45,986 bases of DNA, taken from positions 1 through 45,986 of the forward strand of contig CAVDTK010000001.1 of NCBI GenBank assembly GCA_963611755.1, read 5' to 3'. This document shows, in pieces, positions 17,090 to 26,703 of the stretch (its first letter is position 1; each line of letters opens with the position of its first letter). This stretch comes from Oscillibacter sp. ER4. GTDB taxonomy: Bacteria; Actinomycetota; Coriobacteriia; Coriobacteriales; Atopobiaceae. The notes beneath the pieces are model-generated. The model searched no databases. It saw nothing but the letters and a program-made list of their open reading frames with translations, and was not told the DNA's origin. Made by a program: the position numbers and the translations under genes.

Positions 17090-19129
17090 TTATCCGCAGC
17101 AGGCGATGACCCACTGGATGAGGTTCGAGGTCGCGGACCCCGAGCGCTCGGCCAGCACGTGGCCCTGGCCCCAGACGGGCGTGTAGGCCACATCGGCCAC
17201 GCCGTCGTACTTGGACAGCGCGAAGACCAGGTTGGCGGCCATGCAGGCAGAGGCGTCGGTGTCGAGAAGCCCCTCGTTGATGCGCCAGTGCGGGGCCACG
17301 CTCGCCTGGCCGTAGCCGCCGTAGTGGCCGGAGAGCCAATAGAGCGGGTTCATCATCGAGACGCGCGTAGCCATGTCGGTGTCGAGCGAGTCGGTCTTCT
17401 CGAGGTCGTCGTCCCAGTCGGTGATATAGGAGGTCACCCAGTCGGTCGCGGCCATGAACTGCGTCGCGTTCTTCTCGATAAGCTGGCCGATGGTCTCGTC
17501 GAAGTGCAGGGTCGACTCCTCACCGATGCCAAAGAGCTGGTTGGACCTGGAGCTCCTGTCCGGGCGGTCGTAAGGGGCGGCCTTGAGCTTGGCGCTGCGC
17601 AGGTGGATGGCGTAGTCGCGCAGGCTCGAGACCGAGACGCTCTGCTTGCGCAGGTTGTAGTTGATCCACCAGTAGTCTGCGTTGAGCTCGGAGAAGTACG
17701 TCTGGGCCGAGTCGTAGATCGTGGACTGGACCTGGGTAGCGCCCGTCGCGGTGGTGGTGGCAACCGTCGTCGCGGCGGCGGTGGCGGCGCTCACCGCAGT
17801 CGTGGTCACGCCCGTGCCGTCGGCCGCGTCGGTCGCCGCGGCAGAGCCGTCATCGGCCACGGTGGTCGTCGTGGTCGTGGTGGTCGTGCCGGTCGTCGAG
17901 GTCGTGCCGGTGGCGCTCGTCGTGCCCGTGACCAGGTTCTGGCCGGCCGTGGCGGCCTCGGCGGCGCGGGCCGTCAACAGGTTGGGGTCGCCCGGGAAGC
18001 TCGGCTCGTCCACGCGCTGCGGCGTGTAGGTGTACGGGAAGGGCGTGTTCTGCACGAACCACGTGGCCGCATCGTCGATGTTGGCGAGAAGCGCCGTGGC
18101 GTAGCTGCCCATCGTGTAGCAACCGCCCTCGGTCTCGTCCAAGGTGAGCTGCTCGTCGTCGACGCCGCGAAAGTCCATCTGGTTGACGTACTCGCCGTAA
18201 GAGGCGGCGAGCGCCGTCGACAAGCCGGACATCCAGGAGCCCTCGGCGCGCGTGTCCTCGGTCGAGTACTGGCCGCAGGACCACTCATAGGCCGCGTCGG
18301 CGGTGTCGTAGGAGGTCACGGGGCACCACGAAGCGCTGCCCGCGATGGCATCGGAGATAGCGTTGCCCTTGGCGTCGTGGGTCACGGCGCCGATGGAGGA
18401 CAGATAGGGCTCGTAGAGGGACGACCCGCCCGAGGAGCCCAGGACCGCGGACACGCCGCCGCCCGCGCCGAAGCCAAAGACAAAGATGCGCGAGGCGTCG
18501 CACGGCAGGCTCTCCGCGTTGTATCGCAGGTAGCGGATGGCGGCCTTAAGGTCGACCACCGGCCAGGGCGCGCCGCCGGGGAACAGCTCGTTCTTGCCGC
18601 TGGCCGTGTCGTAGCCGGCGCTCCTGCCCCTGAAGCCCGCGTACACGTAGATGCAGCCGGCGGAAAGATACGGCGCCAGGCCCTCGTAGGAGTAGGCGGT
18701 GGGGCTCGTCTGCGCGGCCAGGGTCGCGGTGTTGATGGGCATGAGCACCGGAGCGGTGGCCGCGGTGAAGTTGCCCACGACGGCCTTCTCGTCCACCGTG
18801 CAGGTGTAGGAGTTGCCGTTCTTCTCGCCCTTGAAATAGTCGCCGGGCACAAAGATGGCCAGCGACTCGTAGGTCGTGGTGGCCGGGTCCAGGCAGTACG
18901 CAAGGCCCAGCTGGTAGTAGACGTTGTTGTCCTCGTCGTACTTCCAAGACCCCATGTTGATGGCCAGGTCCTTGAACTCCTCGAGGTTCACGTCCGGCTG
19001 GCTGGACTGGTCGTCGGCCGAGGACTGCTGGTTGCTCTGGCTGTTGCCCGCCCTGGAGCAGCCGGCAAGCCCTGCCGCCGCCGCGCCCGTCGAGGCCATG
19101 GCCAGGAATTCTCTTCTGGTAAAGCCCAT
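17090..19129 (-). CDS. Tat-exported lipoprotein, subtype A tannase-like alpha/beta hydrolase fold
   Basis: TRREFL Tat motif, LAGC lipobox, VYYQLGLAYCLDP, GAPWPVVDLKAAIRYLRYN and VWGQGH; Thr-rich internal insert. Confidence 0.75.
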   Translation of the reverse strand: MGFTRREFLAMASTGAAAAGLAGCSRAGNSQSNQQSSADDQSSQPDVNLEEFKDLAINMGSWKYDEDNNVYYQLGLAYCLDPATTTYESLAIFVPGDYFKGEKNGNSYTCTVDEKAVVGNFTAATAPVLMPINTATLAAQTSPTAYSYEGLAPYLSAGCIYVYAGFRGRSAGYDTASGKNELFPGGAPWPVVDLKAAIRYLRYNAESLPCDASRIFVFGFGAGGGVSAVLGSSGGSSLYEPYLSSIGAVTHDAKGNAISDAIAGSASWCPVTSYDTADAAYEWSCGQYSTEDTRAEGSWMSGLSTALAASYGEYVNQMDFRGVDDEQLTLDETEGGCYTMGSYATALLANIDDAATWFVQNTPFPYTYTPQRVDEPSFPGDPNLLTARAAEAATAGQNLVTGTTSATGTTSTTGTTTTTTTTTVADDGSAAATDAADGTGVTTTAVSAATAAATTVATTTATGATQVQSTIYDSAQTYFSELNADYWWINYNLRKQSVSVSSLRDYAIHLRSAKLKAAPYDRPDRSSRSNQLFGIGEESTLHFDETIGQLIEKNATQFMAATDWVTSYITDWDDDLEKTDSLDTDMATRVSMMNPLYWLSGHYGGYGQASVAPHWRINEGLLDTDASACMAANLVFALSKYDGVADVAYTPVWGQGHVLAERSGSATSNLIQWVIACCG

Positions 19130-19141
19130 GATGCCTTCTTT

Positions 19142-20086
19142 CTACTTGGTCTCTCGGACGCCCTTGACCTTGGTGACCTGCTTGTCATTGCGGCGGTCGC
19201 TGCCCCAGAAGCAGACCGAGACCATGCCGGGGCCAACGTGGGCGCCGATGGTCGGGCCGATGGTGGGACGCAGGACCTCGAGGCTGTCGTCCAGGCGGCG
19301 AAGCTCGGCCGCCACGTTGAAGCCGTCGTCGGCCACGTCGGCGTCGCCCACCGCGCAGGTATTGGCCTGGCCGTCGAGCGCGTGGTTCTTGTCGTAGTAG
19401 TCGACCAGCTTACGCAGGCCCTTCTTGCGGCCGCGCGCGACCGAGCGGATGCCCAGCGTGCCGTCCAGGTTGAAGTGGAGAAGGGCCTTGACGTCCAGCG
19501 CGTCGCCGATGACGGCCACGCCCTTGGGCAGGCGGCCGCCGCGGTGCAGGGCGTCGAGGTTGTCGACCATGAACAGGGTGTGCACGTGGTAGCGGGCCTC
19601 TTCTGCCCACATGACCAGCTGCTCGGCGTTCAAGCCGGCGTCGCGCTGGTTACAGGCCTCGTTGACCAGCAGGGTGAGGGCGGTCGAGGCGATCTTGGTG
19701 TCGATGACGTAGATGCGCACCTCCTCGCCGGGGTGCTCCTCCTTCAGGCGGTCGAGGCTCATGACTGCGCCGTTGTAGCCGCCCGAGATGCCGCTCGAGA
19801 TGCAAAACATGACCGTGGGCACGCCCGACTCGTAGGCGGCCTTGAAGGCCTCGTCATACTCGAGCTGGGAGGGCTGCGAGGTCATGGGGGTGGCGCCATG
19901 GCGAATGGCGTCATAGAACTCGTGAGCGGTGCGCGACTGGAAGAGATCGTCGTCGCCGGACAGGCCGCCGTCGGGCTTTCCGGCCTCGACGTAATGGAAC
20001 GGCAAGATGGTGACGCCGCGAGCCGCGGCCTGATCGGCCGTGAAATCGCAGGTAGAGTCGCACATGATGTTGCAGAGAGCCGACAT
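19142..20086 (-). CDS. DegV/FakB family fatty-acid-binding protein
   Basis: DSTCD, TSQPS, ISSGISG, LHRGGRL and IGAHVGPG. Confidence 0.92.
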   Translation of the reverse strand: MSALCNIMCDSTCDFTADQAAARGVTILPFHYVEAGKPDGGLSGDDDLFQSRTAHEFYDAIRHGATPMTSQPSQLEYDEAFKAAYESGVPTVMFCISSGISGGYNGAVMSLDRLKEEHPGEEVRIYVIDTKIASTALTLLVNEACNQRDAGLNAEQLVMWAEEARYHVHTLFMVDNLDALHRGGRLPKGVAVIGDALDVKALLHFNLDGTLGIRSVARGRKKGLRKLVDYYDKNHALDGQANTCAVGDADVADDGFNVAAELRRLDDSLEVLRPTIGPTIGAHVGPGMVSVCFWGSDRRNDKQVTKVKGVRETK

Positions 20087-20228
20087 TGGGATTCCAATCG
20101 TTACCAGAGGCGAAAATGCAAGCTATATTGTAGTCATTGCGCGCGGGCGAGAAGCGCCAGAGCGCGCGGCGCCCACCAGAAACGCGAACGCCCAAAGACC
20201 CGATTCGACCCGACCCGACGGAGGCCCC

Positions 20229-20606
20229 ATGCTGTTTTGGAAACGCGACCGCGAGAACGGCCCCACCGCACAAGACGCCGAGCGCGACCGAGAAGAGCTG
20301 CGCGCCGTGGCCGCGGCCGACGACGGCGAGCTTATCCGCCGCAGGTACCGCTTTGTGGGCCAGGTCCAGGGCGTGGGCTTTCGCTGGAACTCCAAGAAGA
20401 TCGCCGACGGCATGGGCCTCACCGGCTGGGTGAGAAACGAGGACGACGGCTCGGTGACCTGCGTGCTCCAGGGCACACAGACCCAGCTGGCGACCTTTGC
20501 CACGGCGCTGCGGCAGGACCTCTCGAGCTGGGCACGCTACACCATCGACGACCGCTGGGACGAGGACGTGGTGGCCGGCGAGAAGGACTTCAGGGTCAGG
20601 TATTAG
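20229..20606 (+). CDS. acyP: Acylphosphatase
   Basis: GQVQGVGFR and GLTGWVRNEDDGSV; GGAGG RBS. Confidence 0.88.
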   Translation: MLFWKRDRENGPTAQDAERDREELRAVAAADDGELIRRRYRFVGQVQGVGFRWNSKKIADGMGLTGWVRNEDDGSVTCVLQGTQTQLATFATALRQDLSSWARYTIDDRWDEDVVAGEKDFRVRY

Positions 20607-20671
20607 GGCGGCTAGGGCGACGCGGCACGAAGGACCGCGTCCTAACCTCAAACCAGCGCCTGCTCAGCGGC

Positions 20672-20971
20672 CTAGTCCTCCTCCACCATCTCGGCGAGAA
20701 AGACGTTCAAGGTATCGACCTCGGGGCAGCAGAACTTGGCTGTGCCAGGCTCGTTTCCCGGGACCGTGCCGCCGTAGCGCAGGATGTCGATGTAAGGAAA
20801 GCCCACGTGGCAGGCCATGGGGCAAAGCCGGCCGCGATCGCGGTCGAAGTCAAAGACGTCGCCGGGCTTGTGCCCGTGGTGGCACAGGCACTCCCCCAGC
20901 TGGTCCACGCAGGTGATGCGGATGCGCGGCCGCTTGCCACGCGGGGCGCCCGCGCGCTTCTCGTCACTCAC
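20672..20971 (-). CDS. TIGR04076-like small Cys-rich protein
   Basis: CHHGHKPGDVF..LCPMA..ILRYGG..FCCP; overlaps the stop of the upstream kinase gene. Confidence 0.75.
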   Translation of the reverse strand: MSDEKRAGAPRGKRPRIRITCVDQLGECLCHHGHKPGDVFDFDRDRGRLCPMACHVGFPYIDILRYGGTVPGNEPGTAKFCCPEVDTLNVFLAEMVEED

Positions 20972-21788
20972 TGTCGATCACGTCCAGGCAGGCCTCGATG
21001 GGAAGGCCGGCGGACTTGTCGGCCTGGTCGACGTTTCTGGCGATAAGCTCGCGCACCACGCGCGCCGAGTCCTCGACGGCGCGCGTGAGGGTCCAACCGT
21101 CCATCACGCGGCCCAGAAGCACACTCGAGAACGTGTCGCCGGTGCCGGGGAAGTAGCAGTCGATCATGCTGAAGCCCACGGTGAAGTACTCGCCCGCCAC
21201 GTGGTCGTATCCCACGATGACGTCTTGCCCGTCGACCTTCGAGCTGGTGATGACCACAGACTTGGCGCCCAGGTCGCGAACGGCGTCCACCAGGCGGCGC
21301 GCCGCGGCAGCATCCATCTGGGGCTCGATGGGCGTGTTGGTGAGAAGGCAGGCCTCGGTGTAGTTGGGCACGGTGTAGTCCGCGCAGGCCACGAGGTTCC
21401 TCATGAGGCCGATGGTCGACTCGGGAACGCCCGCATAGAGCGAGCCGTTGTCGCCCATGATGGGGTCGACGAAGACGCGCACGCCCTTGGCCGCCTGCCG
21501 GTGGCAGAAGTCCGAGATGATGCGCGTCTCCTCCTCGGTCACGATGAAGCCCGTGGAGATGGCGTCGAACTCGAAACCCAGCTCCTCCCAGATGGCCAGG
21601 CTCTGCCGCACGTACTCGGTGGTGTCGTGGATGTAGAACTTGGGGTAGTTGAGCGTGTCTGAGACCAGGGCCGTGGGCAGGTTGTGGATGCGGTAGCCCA
21701 TGTGCGAGAGAACCGGCAGCATGGCGGAAAGCGCCACCTTGCCGTAGCCGCACATGTCGTTGATCAGCAAAAGCTGGGTGTCTTTCAT
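20964..21788 (-). CDS. pdxK: Pyridoxal/pyridoxamine kinase (PfkB family)
   Basis: NDMCGYGKVAL, VDPIMGDNG, PNYTEA and PGTGDTFSS. Confidence 0.82.
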   Translation of the reverse strand: MKDTQLLLINDMCGYGKVALSAMLPVLSHMGYRIHNLPTALVSDTLNYPKFYIHDTTEYVRQSLAIWEELGFEFDAISTGFIVTEEETRIISDFCHRQAAKGVRVFVDPIMGDNGSLYAGVPESTIGLMRNLVACADYTVPNYTEACLLTNTPIEPQMDAAAARRLVDAVRDLGAKSVVITSSKVDGQDVIVGYDHVAGEYFTVGFSMIDCYFPGTGDTFSSVLLGRVMDGWTLTRAVEDSARVVRELIARNVDQADKSAGLPIEACLDVIDSE

Positions 21789-21880
21789 GCGAATCCTTTT
21801 GCGTAGTGCTTTTGCGGGTGCGCGGAGAAGGTCGGCGGGGGACGCCCCGCCGTCGGGTCGGGCGCCGCCCGGCGAGTCGC

Positions 21881-22432
21881 CTACTTGGCGGGCGCCGGGG
21901 CAGCCTCTGCCGCGGGGGTCTCCTCTGCCGGCTTGGGCACGCGGGTCTCGTACTCCTCGGGGGTAAGGACGTCCTCGATACGCAGGTTCACGCCCGCGAC
22001 CTCAAGGCCGGTCATGCCGGTAACCTGCTTGACCACGGCTTTCTTGACGTCCTCGAAAACCTGGGGCGCGTAGGCGCCGTACTCGATGAAGACCGAGATG
22101 TTCACGCGCACCGCGGACTCGGGCGTGACCTCGACGGTGACGCCCTTGGTGGTGTCGCTCGCGCCCAGGACGTCCTGCACGCGGTTGAACCAGCTGCCCT
22201 TCATGCCCACCACGCCGGGGACCTCGCGCATCGCGAGCGCGACGATCTTCTCGATGACGCCGTTTGAGAAGGTCAGGGAGTCCTCGGAATCCTCGTCCTC
22301 GTCGTCTGCGCCGGGCATGTCGATGTCGCCCGCGCCCTCGGCCGCCTGGGCCTCGGCGAGCTCGGTGTCGGTTGCCTCGGCCTCGGCCAGGGCCTCCAGC
22401 TCGTCCTGGGCGGAATCGGCCGTCTTGCTCAT
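21881..22432 (-). CDS. Asp23/Gls24 envelope stress protein
   Basis: LTFSNGVIEKIVALAMREVPGV, KGVTVEV and MTGLEVAGVNLRIEDV. Confidence 0.9.
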   Translation of the reverse strand: MSKTADSAQDELEALAEAEATDTELAEAQAAEGAGDIDMPGADDEDEDSEDSLTFSNGVIEKIVALAMREVPGVVGMKGSWFNRVQDVLGASDTTKGVTVEVTPESAVRVNISVFIEYGAYAPQVFEDVKKAVVKQVTGMTGLEVAGVNLRIEDVLTPEEYETRVPKPAEETPAAEAAPAPAK

Positions 22433-22448
22433 TTCTTTCTCACTCACG

Positions 22449-22829
22449 TCAATCAACTCCCGAGAAGAACTTGCGGATCAACTTGATAAGCTTCGGGTCG
22501 CCGTCGGCCATCTGGCCCAAGGCGATTCCCACTCCAACCAAAACAACGATGATGATGGTGCGCAGGAGCCCCAGCGCAAAGAGCACGATGGCGACGAGAA
22601 GGCCGCACACGCCGCCCCAGAACGCCTTCTCGTGGCCCGGGAAGGCCCGGCTCACCCACGACGAGACACGCTTCGCGTAGTCGGACGCAGGCTGGGCGTC
22701 GCCGCCCGCGGCGCCCGCGCCACCGGCCGTGCTACCGGCGCCCGGGTCCTTCTCGCCAAAAGACGCGGGCCTGACCTGCGCCTTCTCGAGCTCGACCTTG
22801 GCTTTTGGGGTCTTTGAGTCCTCTGACAT
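22449..22829 (-). CDS. DUF2273 small membrane protein
   Basis: GGVCGLLVAIVLFALGLLRTIII..GQMADG; lies between amaP and asp23. Confidence 0.8.
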   Translation of the reverse strand: MSEDSKTPKAKVELEKAQVRPASFGEKDPGAGSTAGGAGAAGGDAQPASDYAKRVSSWVSRAFPGHEKAFWGGVCGLLVAIVLFALGLLRTIIIVVLVGVGIALGQMADGDPKLIKLIRKFFSGVD

Positions 22830-22832
22830 GGA

Positions 22833-23510
22833 TTATGCCTCCTTGCCGGCAGAAACAGTGCCGTTCATAGGCACGGTGATCTCGCTTGTGGTGTCCGCGG
22901 GCGCTGCGACGCTAACCTCGACCGAGATGGGGGCCTCGGACTCGACGGCGGCATCGGCGGCCTCGTCCTCGTCGGCAGGCGCCGGCGCAGAGAAGCGCAC
23001 GGACTCGGGCGTCACGAACTCCAGGCTCACGTTCTCGACCTTGTCGCCGCAGACGGCGGCCAGGCCGCTGACCAGCTCCTCGTGGAGCTGTGCGCCCTTC
23101 TCCACAACGTCGACGGTCTCGTGCGGCAAGACCCTCACGTGCACGCGCACGTGTCCGCGGCGCTTGGCCGATACGATGACCTTGGATGCCGTGCAGGTGC
23201 CGTCGGCCTCGACCACGTGGGCCGCCTGCGAGGCGATGGCCTCCTTGGCCACGCTGATGACGCCGCCGTCGACGGTCACGACCTCGACGGTGCGGACCTT
23301 ACGGGTGAAAAGCGCGCGCAGGAGCGTCACCACGACGCCGAGCATGGCCACGGCGAAGCAGATCTCGACGGCATAGAACCAGGCGTCGATCGCCATGAGG
23401 GCGCTCGCCTCGGCGCTCCAAGGGCCTGCCCACGTGAGGCCCAAAGCCAAAAGAACAAAGGCCGAAGCCAACGACCACAGGGCCAAGCAAAGCCTCTTGA
23501 AGCCACCCAT
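22833..23510 (-). CDS. Alkaline shock response membrane anchor AmaP-like protein
   Basis: Two N-terminal TM helices, GVISVAKEAI Asp23-like domain, operon context; AAGGAG RBS. Confidence 0.75.
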   Translation of the reverse strand: MGGFKRLCLALWSLASAFVLLALGLTWAGPWSAEASALMAIDAWFYAVEICFAVAMLGVVVTLLRALFTRKVRTVEVVTVDGGVISVAKEAIASQAAHVVEADGTCTASKVIVSAKRRGHVRVHVRVLPHETVDVVEKGAQLHEELVSGLAAVCGDKVENVSLEFVTPESVRFSAPAPADEDEAADAAVESEAPISVEVSVAAPADTTSEITVPMNGTVSAGKEA

Positions 23511-23555
23511 CCCAGCTCCTTTACTTCCTACGGACAAAACACGCTAGGCAAGAGT

Positions 23556-24908
23556 CTACCCCTCTGCGCTGTCTTGGTTGCGCGTGGCGAGCTTCACGAA
23601 CACGATGCCGAGAATCGCCGAGGTGAAGGAGCCCAGAAGGATGGCGCACTTGGCGGCCATGACCTCGGAGGCCGCGTCGAAGGCCAGGCCCGAGATGAGG
23701 ATCGACATGGTGAAGCCCAGGCCGCCCATGATGCCCACGGCCGCGACCTGCACCCAGTCCATGTTCTGAGGCAGCTTGGCGAAGCCGATCTTGACCAGCA
23801 GGAAGGTCACGAGGAAGATGCCCAGGGGCTTGCCCAGAACAGCGCCCAGGTAGACGCCCTGGGTCACGGGGTCGGCCAGGATCGCGCCGAAGTCGGCCCC
23901 GGCAAGGTGGACCTGCGCGTTCACGAAGGCGAAGACGGGCAGGATAAGGAAGTTCACCGGCACCGAGATGTAGTTCTCCATGCGCTCCAGGGGCGGGGTC
24001 ACGTGGTGGATCACGCGCTCGACCTTGAGCGCCGTGTGGGTGAAGTCGTGCTGGCCCAAGACGTGGTGCTCGTCGTCGTAGGTGTCCTCGAGCGCCTGCG
24101 CGCCGCGGGAGAGCCAGGTGCCCAGTTCAGAGAGGTTGACGTCAGACTTGGAGGGCAGTGCGAAGGCCAGGATGACGCCTGCCAGGGTGGCGTGGATGCC
24201 CGAGTTGTACATGCACAGCCACAGGACCAGGCCCACCAGCACGTAGGGCTTCAAGGTATAGACCCGAGCGCGGTTCAAGGCGAGAAGCACCAGGATGACC
24301 AGGCCCGCGGCGGCGCACCACGCGACGTCGGGCGACTGGCCGTAGAACAAGGCGATGACCACGATGGCCAAGATGTCGTCCGCGATGGCAAGAGTCTGGA
24401 AGAAGACCTTGGTCTCGGGCGAGATCTTGTCGCCCAGAAGCGAGACCACGCCCAGGGCGAAGGCGATGTCGGTGGCGATGGGCACGGCCCAGCCGTGGGA
24501 CTGGCCGCCCAGGTTGAAGAGCAGGTAGATAAGGGCGGGGGCGCACACGCCGCCCACGGCCGCCAGCATGGGCAGGGCCGCCTGGCGCGGGCGGCGCAGC
24601 TGACCCACGGTCATCTCGTACTTGAGCTCGATGCCCACCAGCAAGAAGAAGATGGCCATCAAAAAGTCGTTGACAAAGCCCTCGATGCTGATGGAGGCCG
24701 AAAGCGAGCCCAGGCCCAGGTGCAGCGGCTGGACGAGAAACTCCTCGATGGCCTCGTAGGCGGGGCTGTTTGCCGCAACCAGGGCGAGAAGGGCCGCGCC
24801 CACCATGACCGCCGCGGCGATGGTACCGTTGGACGTGACCTTGTGCAGCGTGCCCTTGATCTCAAGGCGCTTGATAACGGCGGGTTCCTCGTAGATGTTG
24901 GTTGCCAT
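23556..24908 (-). CDS. nhaA: Na+/H+ antiporter NhaA
   Basis: VNDFLMAIFFLLVGIELK, GWAVPIATDIAF, LAIADD, SGIHATLAG and GFTMSI. Confidence 0.95.
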   Translation of the reverse strand: MATNIYEEPAVIKRLEIKGTLHKVTSNGTIAAAVMVGAALLALVAANSPAYEAIEEFLVQPLHLGLGSLSASISIEGFVNDFLMAIFFLLVGIELKYEMTVGQLRRPRQAALPMLAAVGGVCAPALIYLLFNLGGQSHGWAVPIATDIAFALGVVSLLGDKISPETKVFFQTLAIADDILAIVVIALFYGQSPDVAWCAAAGLVILVLLALNRARVYTLKPYVLVGLVLWLCMYNSGIHATLAGVILAFALPSKSDVNLSELGTWLSRGAQALEDTYDDEHHVLGQHDFTHTALKVERVIHHVTPPLERMENYISVPVNFLILPVFAFVNAQVHLAGADFGAILADPVTQGVYLGAVLGKPLGIFLVTFLLVKIGFAKLPQNMDWVQVAAVGIMGGLGFTMSILISGLAFDAASEVMAAKCAILLGSFTSAILGIVFVKLATRNQDSAEG

Positions 24909-24941
24909 CTCTCCCCTTTCGCAAGGGGCGAGTCCCCCCTG

Positions 24942-25532
24942 CTAGTTCTGGCCGGCCGAGTAGACGGCCAGCATCTTGTCCACATAGATCTTCGCCGCAA
25001 GCGAGACCACCGCGGCCTCAAGAACGCGCGCCAGCTCAAAGGCGCCGTTGCCGTCGGGAGTATCCAGGGTGATTCTCGGCTCCACCGCGGGCGCCACGAA
25101 ATCGGCGCCGACGGAGAACTGCTCTTGCAGCGCGCACTCCAACGCCGCGACGACCTCGTCGTAGAGATCGCCGGGGTCGACCTGCGCGTTGCTTATCATA
25201 CCCATGATCTGCTCGATCTGAGCGATCGAGTAGACGCGTTTGAGCGAGCTCACAAACAGCAGGTGGGCCACGTGGCGGCGGGTGTAGCGCTTGCGGATGG
25301 GCGCCGGGACGAGCTTTCTCTTGACGTAGTTGTTGACCATGGAGCCGGTGAGGATCTCCTCGCCGGGCAGCGCCATGAACGAGAGCTCCATGTCGACGAT
25401 GCTGATGACCTGGTCAAGGTAGAGCTCGATCCGGGGCAGCTCGCCGATGCGCGAGATGTGCACGCGGCCCATCCGCTCCGCCAGCTGGGCTACGGTGGGG
25501 GCAGGCGCCTCGATGATCTTCTCGTCGGCCAT
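24942..25532 (-). CDS. DUF1836-domain putative transcriptional regulator
   Basis: LPRIELYLDQV, LTGSMVNNYVK and KRYTRRHVAHL. Confidence 0.87.
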   Translation of the reverse strand: MADEKIIEAPAPTVAQLAERMGRVHISRIGELPRIELYLDQVISIVDMELSFMALPGEEILTGSMVNNYVKRKLVPAPIRKRYTRRHVAHLLFVSSLKRVYSIAQIEQIMGMISNAQVDPGDLYDEVVAALECALQEQFSVGADFVAPAVEPRITLDTPDGNGAFELARVLEAAVVSLAAKIYVDKMLAVYSAGQN

Positions 25533-25661
25533 GGTCGCACGTCCTTAGTGGTCAAATATTGTTGTTTAGCGCACCTAGTATTGAAAACTACATAGTGTGG
25601 TTATAGTATCCCTTTAGCAAACACAGGCATGGCAGATCCGGCCTTTCTCAGGAGAAACACC

Positions 25662-26522
25662 ATGAACGACCAGCGCATCGCAGTCATCACCGACACGGGC
25701 ACCGACACACCCGAGGACTTTGTCGCCAAGCACGACGTGCGCGTCGTGCCGCTGCGCATCAACTACTCGGACGGCACCGGCTACGAGTGCGGCGTCGACA
25801 TCACGACCGACGAGGTCGTGGCCCGCTTCGATCAGGAGATCCCCAAGACCTCCCTGCCCTCGCCCGAGAAGATCCAGGACGCGATCCTGGCTGCTAAGCG
25901 CGACGGCTACACCTCTGCCGTCTTCGTGAGCATCTCTTCCGGCCTTTCGGCCACCTGCGAGACGGTCCGCATGGTCGCGCGCACGATGGACGACTTCCCG
26001 GTGCACGTGGTGGACACCAAGGGCATCGGCGTGTCGGCCGGCATGGTGGTCATGGAGGCGGTCCGCCAGATCGAGGCGGGCGTGCCCTTCTCGTCTTTGG
26101 GGACCATCCTGGAGATCGTCTCTCGCCAGACCAACGTCTTTTTCGCCGTGCGCGACCTGAGCTTCCTGCGCGCGGGCGGGCGCATTTCCGAGGCGGTCTA
26201 CCGCGTGGGCTCCGTGCTCAACATCAAGCCGGTGCTCACCTGCGACACCGAGGGGCGTTACACCATCTCTAAGAAGGCCCGCGGCTGGCAGCGCGCGCTC
26301 GACACCGAGGTCAGGCTCGTAGAGGAGCTGGCGCGCAAGTATCCCAAGGTCCGTATTGGCCTGAGCTGCACGTCCAACACGCGCGACGAGTACGCCCGCC
26401 TTGAGGAGGCCGTGCGCCGCCAGATCGACAACGTGGTGGACATCGTGCGCTCCGACATCTCGGCCGATCTTCTCGTCCACACCGGCCCCGACCTGGTGGG
26501 CATTGCCATTCAGGGGTTGTAG
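25662..26522 (+). CDS. DegV/FakB family protein
   Basis: IAVITDTGTD, KTSLPS, ISSGLS, LRAGGRI and VHTGP; AGGAG RBS. Confidence 0.92.
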   Translation: MNDQRIAVITDTGTDTPEDFVAKHDVRVVPLRINYSDGTGYECGVDITTDEVVARFDQEIPKTSLPSPEKIQDAILAAKRDGYTSAVFVSISSGLSATCETVRMVARTMDDFPVHVVDTKGIGVSAGMVVMEAVRQIEAGVPFSSLGTILEIVSRQTNVFFAVRDLSFLRAGGRISEAVYRVGSVLNIKPVLTCDTEGRYTISKKARGWQRALDTEVRLVEELARKYPKVRIGLSCTSNTRDEYARLEEAVRRQIDNVVDIVRSDISADLLVHTGPDLVGIAIQGL

Positions 26523-26553
26523 AGGCGAAGCTGCCGTCAATACCAAGTGAGTA

Positions 26554-26660
26554 GCCCGAGAAACGCCCCGGCCCTGGGTCTTCTCGGCAAAGTGCTTCTG
26601 AGCGCGCTCTTTGCGCGAGGTCACTTTGCGAGAAGCCCAGGGTCGGGGCATTTCTCGGGC
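26554..26660. repeat. Long (~40-bp stem) imperfect palindrome between convergent genes
   Basis: GCCCGAGAAACGCCCCGGCCCTGGGTCTTCTCGGCAAAGTG and CACTTTGCGAGAAGCCCAGGGTCGGGGCATTTCTCGGGC. Confidence 0.8.
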
Positions 26661-26703
26661 AGGCGAGCCCTACATACCGAAGGCTATCTTGGGCGGACGC
26701 ACT

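Noticed and set aside
17042..21046. 1334-aa + strand ORF
   Set aside because: Antisense shadow of the tannase-like and degV genes, caused by high-GC codon bias; no recognisable motifs.
23082..25595. 837-aa + strand ORF and similar long antisense ORFs (29305-31686, 38938-40791, 42691-44100, 44363-45832)
   Set aside because: All lie opposite well-supported genes (nhaA, pcrA, M16C peptidase, aminotransferase, nrdD).
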